From Candidatus Thermosaccharophagus tengchongensis (GTDB lineage: Bacteria > Armatimonadota > Fervidibacteria > Fervidibacterales > Thermosaccharophagaceae): a stretch of DNA of 64,000 bases. The notes beneath the pieces were generated by a model that was given only the letters and a program-made list of their open reading frames with translations, did no database searches and was not told the DNA's origin. The position numbers and the translations under genes are program-made. Location: assembly GCA_032161105.1 (NCBI GenBank), contig JAVHTD010000002.1. One strand, given 5' to 3'. This document shows, piece after piece, positions 45,643 through 54,700 of this stretch; position 1 is the stretch's first letter; each line of letters begins with the position of its first letter.

Positions 45643-46710
45643 ATGCGACTTGTTGGGAAGCATGATGGTAAACTCTTCGGCAAGCCCCCCTTAGATATTC
45701 GGTCTATAAGTGGTGTCCTGATTGTGCGATTGAGCTCCCTTGGGGATGTTCTTATGGCAACCCCGATAGCACAGGCGCTAAGGGAGGCTCTCCCGAATGC
45801 TCAAATTGGATGGGTAGTTGAATCCACATGTGCGCCCCTCGTTGACGGCAACCCATATCTCAGCAGGGTGCACTCTTGGGATAAAAGTTTTCTCGGCTTC
45901 ATCAAGCTGGTGCGTGAACTCAGGCGCGAACGATATGAGCTTGCAATTGATCCTCAAGGCTTGCTTAAGAGCGCAATAATATCGCTTCTATCTGGCGCGC
46001 GGTATCGTGTTGGGTTTGCAGATGGCAGAGAGGGTTCAACATTCGCCATGACTCACATGGTGGAAAAGAAGCCGTCACTACACCCGTGTGACATGTCATT
46101 GCAGCTCCTCAGGGTGCTCGGGATTGACGCGAGTGTTGAGCGCCATAAAATGCTAATACCTATCACTGACGAGGAGAGAAGAAAGGTGAACGAGCTGTTG
46201 AATTCGCTTCGGCTTTCACCGAAGCACTTCGTTGTGTTTGCTCCAGCTACAAGGTGGGTTCACAAGCATTGGCTGAGCAACCGCTGGATTGAGTTAGCCG
46301 AGAGAATTTACAAGAGCTATGGGATGCCCAGTGTGCTCGTTGGCGGCAGCGGTGACTTGTCGTTGCTTAACGCCATTTCAAGCCGCAGCCGTTCACCAAT
46401 GCATAACTTTGGCGGTTTGTTATCATTGCGTGAGTCGGCACATCTCATCGGGTTAGCTGGCGCGATGGTCGGAGTTGATTCATTCCCGGTGCACGTCGGT
46501 TATGCTATGGGGGTTCCAACGGTCATCCTCTACGGACCGACGAGCTCGCTGAAATGGCGCTCAGTAGCTGGAGTGCGAGTCATTGAGCATGAGTTGCCAT
46601 GCCGACCTTGTCACAGGCGCCCGACATGTGGCGGAGATTGGACATGCATGAAAACAATAACCGCAAGTGAAGTTATGGATGCTCTCAGCGGTGTGCTTTG
46701 CTCACCATGA
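45643..46710 (+). CDS. glycosyltransferase family 9 (heptosyltransferase-like)
   Basis: ILIVRLSSLGDVLMATPIAQALREALPNAQIGWVVE and a later DS.PVH-type block (GVDSFPVHVGYAMGVP) are present. Confidence 0.82.
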   Translation: MRLVGKHDGKLFGKPPLDIRSISGVLIVRLSSLGDVLMATPIAQALREALPNAQIGWVVESTCAPLVDGNPYLSRVHSWDKSFLGFIKLVRELRRERYELAIDPQGLLKSAIISLLSGARYRVGFADGREGSTFAMTHMVEKKPSLHPCDMSLQLLRVLGIDASVERHKMLIPITDEERRKVNELLNSLRLSPKHFVVFAPATRWVHKHWLSNRWIELAERIYKSYGMPSVLVGGSGDLSLLNAISSRSRSPMHNFGGLLSLRESAHLIGLAGAMVGVDSFPVHVGYAMGVPTVILYGPTSSLKWRSVAGVRVIEHELPCRPCHRRPTCGGDWTCMKTITASEVMDALSGVLCSP

Positions 46711-46869
46711 TATTCCATTCATTGCGGGGCTTTTCGGCGGTGAGCTACTTGAGTCATCACTCCATGCGACAGCTGTTAGTTGTTAGCGAGTGCAAAGTTC
46801 ATCCGGATTAAAGCGCCCATGTTCTCTGATGACCCATTTGCAATTCATTATGCTGAGGGCGATTTCGGG

Positions 46870-47412
46870 ATGGTGTCCACTATGAGCAGCACAAGCGAAG
46901 GCGAAGCCGGTGATAAAACAAAAGCGCATGCCGAAGGGGACATAGGTGATTCGGTCATCATAAGGCGCGTCAAGCCGGAGGAGCTGAATAAGCTTATCAG
47001 CGTTTACCGCTCCGCATATGAGGGGCTTGAAGAGTATGCGTATACATCTACAGGCGAGATTCGCAGCTACATGCGCTGGCTTTATCGTGGCGACCCGAAC
47101 GGCTTCTTCGTGGCTGAGCTGAATGGAGAGATCGTCGGGTTTGTGGCTGTGCATGCTGATTGGTGGGACAAGCGCATAGGTCGCACCGCCGAAATACATG
47201 AGGTGGTGGTGCACAAGCGTTATCAACGGATGGGCATCGGAAAGAAGCTGATGCAGCGCGCCATTGAATATGCTATTGAGAGGGGATGCAGCTGGACAAG
47301 CCTGTGGGTTGGGTCTGGAAACACCATTGCGAGGGAATGGTATCTCAAGCTCGGATTTGAAGAGGTTAGCAATGGCTACTATTGGGTGCGCATGTTAAAG
47401 CGCCTCACATGA
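46870..47412 (+). CDS. GNAT family N-acetyltransferase
   Basis: The acetyl-CoA motif VVVHKRYQRMGIGKKLMQRAIEYA is present. The start is uncertain (46780, 46819 or 46870). Confidence 0.78.
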   Translation: MVSTMSSTSEGEAGDKTKAHAEGDIGDSVIIRRVKPEELNKLISVYRSAYEGLEEYAYTSTGEIRSYMRWLYRGDPNGFFVAELNGEIVGFVAVHADWWDKRIGRTAEIHEVVVHKRYQRMGIGKKLMQRAIEYAIERGCSWTSLWVGSGNTIAREWYLKLGFEEVSNGYYWVRMLKRLT

Positions 47413-47522
47413 GCGGGTTTGCACAGTTGGAGGGGGAATGGCGATAACCTTTACCTACCAACCTTGCCATTAAGGAGTTGCGACTAAAGACCGCGCGGAA
47501 GTTCGTAGGTGAGGCAGCTTGC

Positions 47523-49481
47523 CTATTCTTGCTTTCCCTCCGCCTTCCCTTCGCCCTGTTGCTCTAATCCTTTCTCCTTCAGCTCCTGCTCTTTAACTTC
47601 AGCCTTTATTGGTTGCTTCTTGGCTGGCTCCTCTTTGACCTTTGGCTTTATCACCTCAGGTGGTTTTAGCCTGAGCCTGACGATGTCGTGTGGCTTGATT
47701 TGCATTCCCTCCTCAAGCTCAACAATCACAGCCTTTGACATATCCTGCATGACTTCAATGACGCGTATCACTCCAACAGGCTCCTCAATGATGCGTTCAC
47801 CGCGAGCTGTCTGAAAATGCACTCGCCTAATAACCGTGAACTCATCCCCGACTTTAATTCCGGCATCCTCACCGATATCAATGTAGGCGAACTTGTCCTC
47901 AACTGCCCCGACTTGCCCCTCCCTTGCTACAGGCAATGTAGGTTGAGCTGTGATGACAGCCGGAGTAATTCTTGGGAGAGCAGCCCATGTCATTTCGCCG
48001 CGCAGTGCCTTGACGAGCTGTGCGATGGCATCAGATGCGGCAGCGCGATATAGCGATATGTCAAGCACACCTCTTTCAATTTGCTCCGGTTGCACTTGCG
48101 GTGGCTCGCGTGACTCAATTGGCATTGATGTATGGATGGGTTGCTTGCTGATGCCCTTGCCTTCAAATCGGCTGCTCCATACCAGCCTTCCAGTCCGCCC
48201 ATCAAATAAGCGTGCCTCAACGAATATGCTCACACGCTGTTGCCTCTCCGTCCTTATCTGCCAGATCCTTCTATCAGCCGCTGGGCTTGGACGGCTTGTC
48301 AAGCCTTGACTGATGATGGAGAAGGCGTCAACCCCAGCTATGTGCCCTGCAAGTATAGCATCGCATTTGTGCTTCTCGCAAAGCTGCTTTACAACCTCAG
48401 ACGGTATGTTTCCGGAGCGGTAGGTATCCCAAGCAACAGCGTCCTCAAACATCTGTTGGTTAGCGACGAGCAGCTCCTCAACCAAGTTCGCGTTCTTTAC
48501 AGCATCAACAACCTGCTCCCCGAACTGCATCACATATGGTCTAATTGCTGGCATCTCCGAGAATGGAAACACAAGCAGCCTTCTCACATGACTCAAGTCA
48601 AGGTGAAGTATTAAGCGCGGCTCACTCGGTATGTCCTCAATGCGCTCATATAAGGAGACAAGGTGATTCAAAAAGCGGATGTTCGGTGAGTAGAACAGGA
48701 TGCGATAATAATTGCCACCTTTGCTGGCGCGCACGAGCACACTTTGGTTTTGGCGGAGCACATCAATCGGGTAGGGCAGCCTTTCCTTGATTGCTCTCGG
48801 TATGGGCTGCTCCCCTGTGAGGATGTAGACCTCCGTCTCTGTTGCGAGCAATCGCTCAACCTTGGGGAGCTTATCCAAAGTCACCCAGACGAAGTCGGCT
48901 CGCACCGTCTCACCGAATATGGCTATTGTCTCCTCACCGGCGTTTGTGACCACGACGAGCAGTGGCACTTGCCATATGCGTTGCATTTTCAGGTCGGTTA
49001 TTTCACGCACCTCAAGTTCGCTCAATTTCTCAATGGCTTCGCAAGCCGAGTTGTGGCTCGGTGCTGAAATGAGCATGCGCACATAGGGCTTGCGCTCAAT
49101 TAACTTCACATCACCGGCGAGAACAACATCCATGTCTCGAATCAGGCGAATGTCATACGGGAGAAGCTCGCGGTGCTCCATCGGAAATGGCTCTTTTGTC
49201 CAGTCAAGGATGAAGATGACATGCTTTTCAGCTTTCTCAATTTCAGCGGCACGCTTTGGCAGCTCAGAGAGGCTGATAAATGTGGTTTGAGTGCCCTCGG
49301 GCAGCTTAGTGCGGAATTCATTGTATAGCGTGATTGAGTTTGAAACGACAACGACCTCCCCCTTCAAGAACTCAACGGCTGGACGCTTCGTAAGGAAGGC
49401 ACGGCGAAGTTGTGCTGTGCTCAGGTTGCTCAGAAGAAACAGGCATCCCAAGGTGACAACGAGCATCATTTGACGACCCAT
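47523..49481 (-). CDS. secreted protein of unknown function (internal duplication, CsgG/LpoB-like segment, C-terminal beta-domain and Lys/Glu/Pro-rich tail)
   Basis: GGAGGTGAGAGG precedes ATG 49481. The signal peptide is MGRQMMLVVTLGCLFLLSNLSTAQ. Two related ~110-aa segments follow, then DAILAGHIAGVD...VSIFVEARLFDGRTGRLVWSSRFEG, then GAVEDKFAYIDIGEDAGIKVGDEFTV..., then the KPPEVIKPKVKEEPAKK tail. Confidence 0.6.
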   Translation of the reverse strand: MGRQMMLVVTLGCLFLLSNLSTAQLRRAFLTKRPAVEFLKGEVVVVSNSITLYNEFRTKLPEGTQTTFISLSELPKRAAEIEKAEKHVIFILDWTKEPFPMEHRELLPYDIRLIRDMDVVLAGDVKLIERKPYVRMLISAPSHNSACEAIEKLSELEVREITDLKMQRIWQVPLLVVVTNAGEETIAIFGETVRADFVWVTLDKLPKVERLLATETEVYILTGEQPIPRAIKERLPYPIDVLRQNQSVLVRASKGGNYYRILFYSPNIRFLNHLVSLYERIEDIPSEPRLILHLDLSHVRRLLVFPFSEMPAIRPYVMQFGEQVVDAVKNANLVEELLVANQQMFEDAVAWDTYRSGNIPSEVVKQLCEKHKCDAILAGHIAGVDAFSIISQGLTSRPSPAADRRIWQIRTERQQRVSIFVEARLFDGRTGRLVWSSRFEGKGISKQPIHTSMPIESREPPQVQPEQIERGVLDISLYRAAASDAIAQLVKALRGEMTWAALPRITPAVITAQPTLPVAREGQVGAVEDKFAYIDIGEDAGIKVGDEFTVIRRVHFQTARGERIIEEPVGVIRVIEVMQDMSKAVIVELEEGMQIKPHDIVRLRLKPPEVIKPKVKEEPAKKQPIKAEVKEQELKEKGLEQQGEGKAEGKQE

Positions 49482-49678
49482 AAGTCCTCTCACCTCCGAG
49501 CCCAAAACCAACCACTCGGTCTTCCCAAAGCCAATAACAACTTAGCGCCGTAGCCGCTATGTGTCAAATGGGGTTAGCATGGGTTACTGTGTCCATTGAG
49601 TGGTATTGCATCTGCATTGGGGTTGCCTTCTAAGTCAACGCGGATGGTGCAGAGGTGATCGGGGTGGGATGGATTAAG

Positions 49679-51412
49679 ATGACGCACATTGCAGGAGCTC
49701 TCATGAGCCTATTCAGCGTTGCGCTTGTGTTTGTTCTGTTTTGGCACTTGCGCAGCGCGGTCAGGTTGCTCCCCGAAGAGGAGCAAAGCAAATTGCAGGC
49801 GGCAAGGGGAATGGTTAGGAGAATCAGTTTGGCATCGCTCTTGCTGAGCGCTTTGGCGATTGGCGTGATAAGCCTTTTGAGCGCTCTTCGAATGCCGCCA
49901 TTCTCGCCGGGGCAGGCTCTCGCAGTATCGCTCCCATTGATGTGGGTCATGTTCGGAGTCCCCTTCGCATTGCTTGATGAAGTGATGGTGCTCAGCGCAG
50001 CCACGAGTGGCAGCGTGCTTAGCCTTACTCCGGCAAGTTGGCTTCTTTGCGTCTCCATCGCCGTTGTCCCGATGGCTCTATCAATACTGTCAGTGCAGTT
50101 GTTGATGTCTCAAAAGTTGGTCGGGCTGAGCGAGTCGCTCAGCGGTTGCGCATTTGCTGTTGCCAGCATGTCGCTCGCCTTCTTTGTGGCAGTGGCTGTT
50201 AGCTCAAGTTTGCGTCAAGGGGGCGAAAGCAGCTTTGAACCATTCTTTCGCTCCCCAATGCTCGTGCGAGCTATAGCATTAACTGCTGCGGGAACGCTTA
50301 TGATGACGCTCGCCATTGCCATTCATCATCCCTCACCAAAAGGGGAAAGCATTTTCATCATTGCCTATCCGGTGGCGCTATCGGCAGCATTGCTCATTGG
50401 ATGGCACATAGCCAGCGGTGTGATTCTCATCGGTGGCGAGAGATTGATTAAATTCGGACACATTGTGCACCCTGTTATAGCCGGGCTTGTATTCGCTTTG
50501 ATTGGGAGTGCATTCGCACACGCGAGCATCAAACCTTACTCCCATCTCTTCAGGCTCGGTGTGGTCGCATTCATTTTCGTTGCGGTGATGTATCAGTTGC
50601 TCATTCATCGGGGCACGATGGCTGAGCGTGATATCTCTGCAACACAGCAATTTGGGATAGCGGCGTCCCTGCTTGTTCTCGGAATGATAGCTGTAGCATT
50701 TGCGGCTCATCGTGCGTATGGTGTTGGTGTTGCCGGTATTGGCTTTCTCCCAGCCGCACATTTCTTCGGCGTGCTCGCAAGCTGGCTCGTGCAGATGGAT
50801 TCCGAGTTTCGTAAGGAGCAGTTTTGGCGCATGGCGCTCGTATCAAACTTACCCATCATAGTTTTGGCGATGCGCCTGATGTATGAAAGGCAGGTTCAAG
50901 CAGCCATCCTTCCATCGCATTCACCCATCGTGCTCGTGAGCGCTTGTGCAGGCGCCTTAACTTTCACTGCCCTCACCGGGTTGGTCACCAGCTCGTCAGG
51001 CAATGCCATTGCGAGTGCGCTCAACGGTTTTTGGGGGTTGTTTGCGAAGTCGCTGTTAGCCCTCGCTCGCATTGGTTTGATTGCGGTCGGCTTTGCTGTC
51101 CTGCTGCCCATGCTTTGGGGGGCGAGCGCATCATTCGGGTTCATCATCGGCGTTGCAATTTCAACCTTAATGCTATGCACCATGCCGGGTTTGAACTCGC
51201 CCTCGTTGGCTTGGCGGTTTGCCATCCTCTGGTATGTGGCATTGACGCTCATGCTGTGCATCGGCATCGTGCATACAACCCAGCTTTTGATCCCATTGTC
51301 GCTTCGCCCACGCCTGTTCAGGGTGTGGATGTTCATTGGCTTGCTCTTACTCACCGGTATTGCATGGGGATTGCTCGGTATTGCCCGAAGGCGCATTTGG
51401 CGATCCTCATAG
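49679..51412 (+). CDS. large polytopic membrane protein (more than 12 predicted TM helices), unknown function
   Basis: The ~580-aa ORF is continuously hydrophobic and I recognised no motif. It is transcribed divergently from the secreted protein gene. The start is GTG 49655 or ATG 49679. Confidence 0.6.
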   Translation: MTHIAGALMSLFSVALVFVLFWHLRSAVRLLPEEEQSKLQAARGMVRRISLASLLLSALAIGVISLLSALRMPPFSPGQALAVSLPLMWVMFGVPFALLDEVMVLSAATSGSVLSLTPASWLLCVSIAVVPMALSILSVQLLMSQKLVGLSESLSGCAFAVASMSLAFFVAVAVSSSLRQGGESSFEPFFRSPMLVRAIALTAAGTLMMTLAIAIHHPSPKGESIFIIAYPVALSAALLIGWHIASGVILIGGERLIKFGHIVHPVIAGLVFALIGSAFAHASIKPYSHLFRLGVVAFIFVAVMYQLLIHRGTMAERDISATQQFGIAASLLVLGMIAVAFAAHRAYGVGVAGIGFLPAAHFFGVLASWLVQMDSEFRKEQFWRMALVSNLPIIVLAMRLMYERQVQAAILPSHSPIVLVSACAGALTFTALTGLVTSSSGNAIASALNGFWGLFAKSLLALARIGLIAVGFAVLLPMLWGASASFGFIIGVAISTLMLCTMPGLNSPSLAWRFAILWYVALTLMLCIGIVHTTQLLIPLSLRPRLFRVWMFIGLLLLTGIAWGLLGIARRRIWRSS

Positions 51413-51414
51413 GG

Positions 51415-53550
51415 TCACCAGCGATGGCACATACTCCCTATGTGGATTTGCGTGCCAGTCGGCATGCTGAACCTCCTTATGAGGCAGCGATTTGAGCACC
51501 CATTACATTCAAACGAATCAGCCACTGCATCCAGCGGTGGCAGTTCAAATCCCCTGAATGAGCTCTCCTGCGGGCGAAGGTTTGCTGCGAGCAGCGCTGC
51601 ACCTATTGCGCCCATCACATTGAAATGCTCTGGCACATAAACTTCACAGTGCAACATTTCTTCAAGCGCATCCCTTATAGCGCCGTTGGCAGCCACACCC
51701 CCGCAGAATACATACGGCGGCTGTATAGCTCTCCCCGAAACAACATTGCTGAAGTAGTTTCGGACGAGTGCAGTGCACAATCCTGCAACCAACTCCTCAA
51801 TTGGCTGTCCGGCTTGTTGGCGCAACACTAAATCGCTCTCGGCAAATACGGTGCATCGTCCGCCTATCCTCGCTCGTCTCTTAGCCCTCCTTGCGATCTC
51901 ACCGAATGCCTCAATTGGTATTCCGAGGCGTGCGGCTTGGTGATCAAGGAATGCTCCGGTGCCGGCTGCACACACCGTGTTCATCGCAAATTCCGTTGGG
52001 ACGCCGTCTTGAAGGAGTATCAGCTTTGCGTCTTGCCCGCCAATCTCAAACACAGTCCTTGCATCTGGCACCTCACGGCTAATAGATGCAGCATGCGCTG
52101 TAATCTCATTTCGTATGATGTCAGCTCCAACGAATGCCCCGATGAGCTCGCGCCCGCTGCCGGTGACACCGACGGAGATGACCCTTCCATTGCAATGTCT
52201 TCCAGCCTCTGCAAGCATTCGGCGCAGCGTCTCAACTGGGTTGCCGTATGTCCTCTCATACGACTTGTAAATCAGCTGCAAGTCGGAGGCATTAAGCAGG
52301 ACGACCTTAGCCGTTATTGAGCCGACATCAATTCCTACGACCACACCATCCTCGTTTAAACTTGAAGCATTGTTTACGGCTTCCTTTGACGGCTTGGCTG
52401 CGATGCTGATGAGCACGGATGAACCTTTGCGCTTGTTGAAGAGGAGGGTATCTATGAACGCCTCAATCCTGACTTTGATGGCGTCGGGTTGCGTGTGCTC
52501 ATCAAATGTGATGGCGCATATTGGCGGCAAGTTGTATTTGCCCCTGAAGAAGTTAAGCGCCCCAACTGCCGTTGTTTCTGGTGTGCATCCAAATGTGCTC
52601 AAGTGAATGATGCCATCAACGCCTTTGTTGCGGGCTTTCAGCGCCGCGCAAATTGTGATGATGTCCGAACCTGTGATGCGCTGTCCGAGCATGCGCAGCC
52701 CTTTGCGATAGTTTCCGTTTCCCCACAGGTCACTGAATGGGTTGATAAACGACCACCAGTCCATAACCCAAATGAGCTGCGCTTGCAATTGCGATGAGAT
52801 GAAGCGCACAAGGTCAAATGCCGGGAAGCTGCCAAGCATAGTTGTATAGAAGTCACCGATGATCGCTACCCTTGCGCTTGGCTCACGATGGCGCAGCAGA
52901 CTTTCCATGCGCCTAATAGCCCCGTGATATGCCTCATCGGAAGCCTTTCGTGATGTGGCTTTGAGCATCTCGCGGTATGCATCCGTTAGAATGGACATCG
53001 CTGCCTCATACTCATCCACGGCATGCAGACGCTCTATCACGAATTCGTTTAAGTGGGCGTATAGTTTGACTTTCCTCAGACCGTCAAGTATTAGCCCGAG
53101 CATCTTTAGGTCACTGATGCTTGTGCATCCCGAGAACTTGCACAGTTGCTTGGCTTCTTTCAGCAGCGATAGGAATGCTGTGCGGAACATGACAGCCGGG
53201 TTGATGTTAACGATAACCCACTTGATCTCTCTACCGAAGTTGCTTTCAATCATCGGTTTTAAGAGCGCAGCGGTTGTATGCCCGAGCATGCAAGTTCCCG
53301 GTCCGCCGGGGACGATGAAAGTTTCGGCGCCCTCACTTGCCCCCGTTAGGATGTCCGCAAATATCAGGCGCAAGTCATAGCACCAATAGTCAGGTCCGCA
53401 CCCTTTAGCCATGTCCACGGTCTGCCTGCTTGGCGGTCTCGGTGGAATGACATCCAACCCGATGCCGCTGGCGATGTGATGCCACAGCAGGCTATATTCG
53501 CGCATGTATGTGATGAATGTTTTCGTCGTCTTCCTATTAGCGCTCGCCAT
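51415..53550 (-). CDS. fusion of a 2-hydroxyacyl-CoA-dehydratase-like (HgdB/DUF2229-like) domain with a BcrAD/BadFG-type activase ATPase domain
   Basis: The C-terminal half has VVGIDVGSITAKVVLL, VGVTGSGR, IGGQDAK and CAAGTG, which are the ASKHA/activase motifs. The N-terminal ~380 aa resemble the dehydratase-component/DUF2229 regions seen in large activase-related proteins. Confidence 0.65.
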   Translation of the reverse strand: MASANRKTTKTFITYMREYSLLWHHIASGIGLDVIPPRPPSRQTVDMAKGCGPDYWCYDLRLIFADILTGASEGAETFIVPGGPGTCMLGHTTAALLKPMIESNFGREIKWVIVNINPAVMFRTAFLSLLKEAKQLCKFSGCTSISDLKMLGLILDGLRKVKLYAHLNEFVIERLHAVDEYEAAMSILTDAYREMLKATSRKASDEAYHGAIRRMESLLRHREPSARVAIIGDFYTTMLGSFPAFDLVRFISSQLQAQLIWVMDWWSFINPFSDLWGNGNYRKGLRMLGQRITGSDIITICAALKARNKGVDGIIHLSTFGCTPETTAVGALNFFRGKYNLPPICAITFDEHTQPDAIKVRIEAFIDTLLFNKRKGSSVLISIAAKPSKEAVNNASSLNEDGVVVGIDVGSITAKVVLLNASDLQLIYKSYERTYGNPVETLRRMLAEAGRHCNGRVISVGVTGSGRELIGAFVGADIIRNEITAHAASISREVPDARTVFEIGGQDAKLILLQDGVPTEFAMNTVCAAGTGAFLDHQAARLGIPIEAFGEIARRAKRRARIGGRCTVFAESDLVLRQQAGQPIEELVAGLCTALVRNYFSNVVSGRAIQPPYVFCGGVAANGAIRDALEEMLHCEVYVPEHFNVMGAIGAALLAANLRPQESSFRGFELPPLDAVADSFECNGCSNRCLIRRFSMPTGTQIHIGSMCHRW

Positions 53551-53727
53551 GGCTAACCACCATTAAGCATTGTAAACAGCGCTTTTGAGCAATAGGCAAG
53601 CGGCGTTTGCGGCGCCGCGCATTGGTTAGCTATACTTTGGATTTGACATTGTGCTGCCGAGGATCAAAAGCATCAGAGCCCATGGGTGAAGGCATCATGC
53701 TGAAAGCCCGTGCAGTTTGGGGGGTAA

Positions 53728-54639
53728 ATGATGGGTGAGGTAAGGGTTGGTATAGTGGATGTGGATACGACACATGCTGTTGAGTTTACGAAGCGCCTCA
53801 ATCACATCGGCATAGGTGAAGATCAATGGGTTGAAGGTGCAAGGGTCGTTTGCTTCTGGGCTGGTCCTTCAGCGATACGCTCGGATGAGGAGGTGAAGGA
53901 ATTAGCTCGTGTGCTGAGGGAGGAACTCGGCGTCAAGCAAGTTGAGAGCTTGAAAGAGATGATCGGCATGATTGATGCCGTAATGATTGAGTCGGTTGAT
54001 GGAAGCGTTCACTATGAGCGTGCTCTCCCATTCATTGACGCTGGGATACCAACATTCATTGACAAGCCATTCACATGCTCGCTTGAGCAGGCGAGGAGGT
54101 TGGCGGAGATTGCCGAGAAGAAAGGCGTGCCATTGTTCACATCCTCATCATTGCGCTATTCCTTGGAGGTTCAGGAGTTGAAGGCTCGTGCCGATGAATA
54201 TGGCATGGTGCTCGGTGCTGATGCATATAGCCCTGCGCCATACCATGAGCGCAACCCGGGGTTGTTCCATTACGGCATTCACGCTGTTGAAACTTTGTAT
54301 GCGCTGATGGGGAAAGGGTGCAAGCAAGTTTGGTGCATATGGCGTGATGATGCCGAAGTAGTTGTGGGCACATGGGCTGATGGGCGCATTGGAACCGTCA
54401 GAGGGACAAGGGTCGGCGTGCACGGGTATGGCTTCACAGCATTTTGTGAGCGTAAAATAATTGCCAGCAGCATTGATGCGAGGTTCATCTATCGTGAGCT
54501 GCTAAAGCGCGTCGTTGAGATGTTCCAGACTGGAAAGCCACCGCTTGACATGCAAGAGAGCGTGGAGATCGTCGCATTCATTGAGGCAGCTATGCGCTCA
54601 AGGCATTGTGGTGGTTCCCCTCAGGCAGTGGCGGTCTGA
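53728..54639 (+). CDS. Gfo/Idh/MocA-like oxidoreductase
   Basis: VRVGIVDVDTTHAVEFTKRLN..., IESVDGSVHYERALPFIDAGIPTFIDKPF and the roughly 300-aa size fit the family. The substrate is unknown. Confidence 0.55.
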   Translation: MMGEVRVGIVDVDTTHAVEFTKRLNHIGIGEDQWVEGARVVCFWAGPSAIRSDEEVKELARVLREELGVKQVESLKEMIGMIDAVMIESVDGSVHYERALPFIDAGIPTFIDKPFTCSLEQARRLAEIAEKKGVPLFTSSSLRYSLEVQELKARADEYGMVLGADAYSPAPYHERNPGLFHYGIHAVETLYALMGKGCKQVWCIWRDDAEVVVGTWADGRIGTVRGTRVGVHGYGFTAFCERKIIASSIDARFIYRELLKRVVEMFQTGKPPLDMQESVEIVAFIEAAMRSRHCGGSPQAVAV

Positions 54640-54700
54640 GATGGACAGATAAATGTTGGACTTGCTCTCGGCTTAAAGTTCGCTTTAGGGGTGAAAGCGG

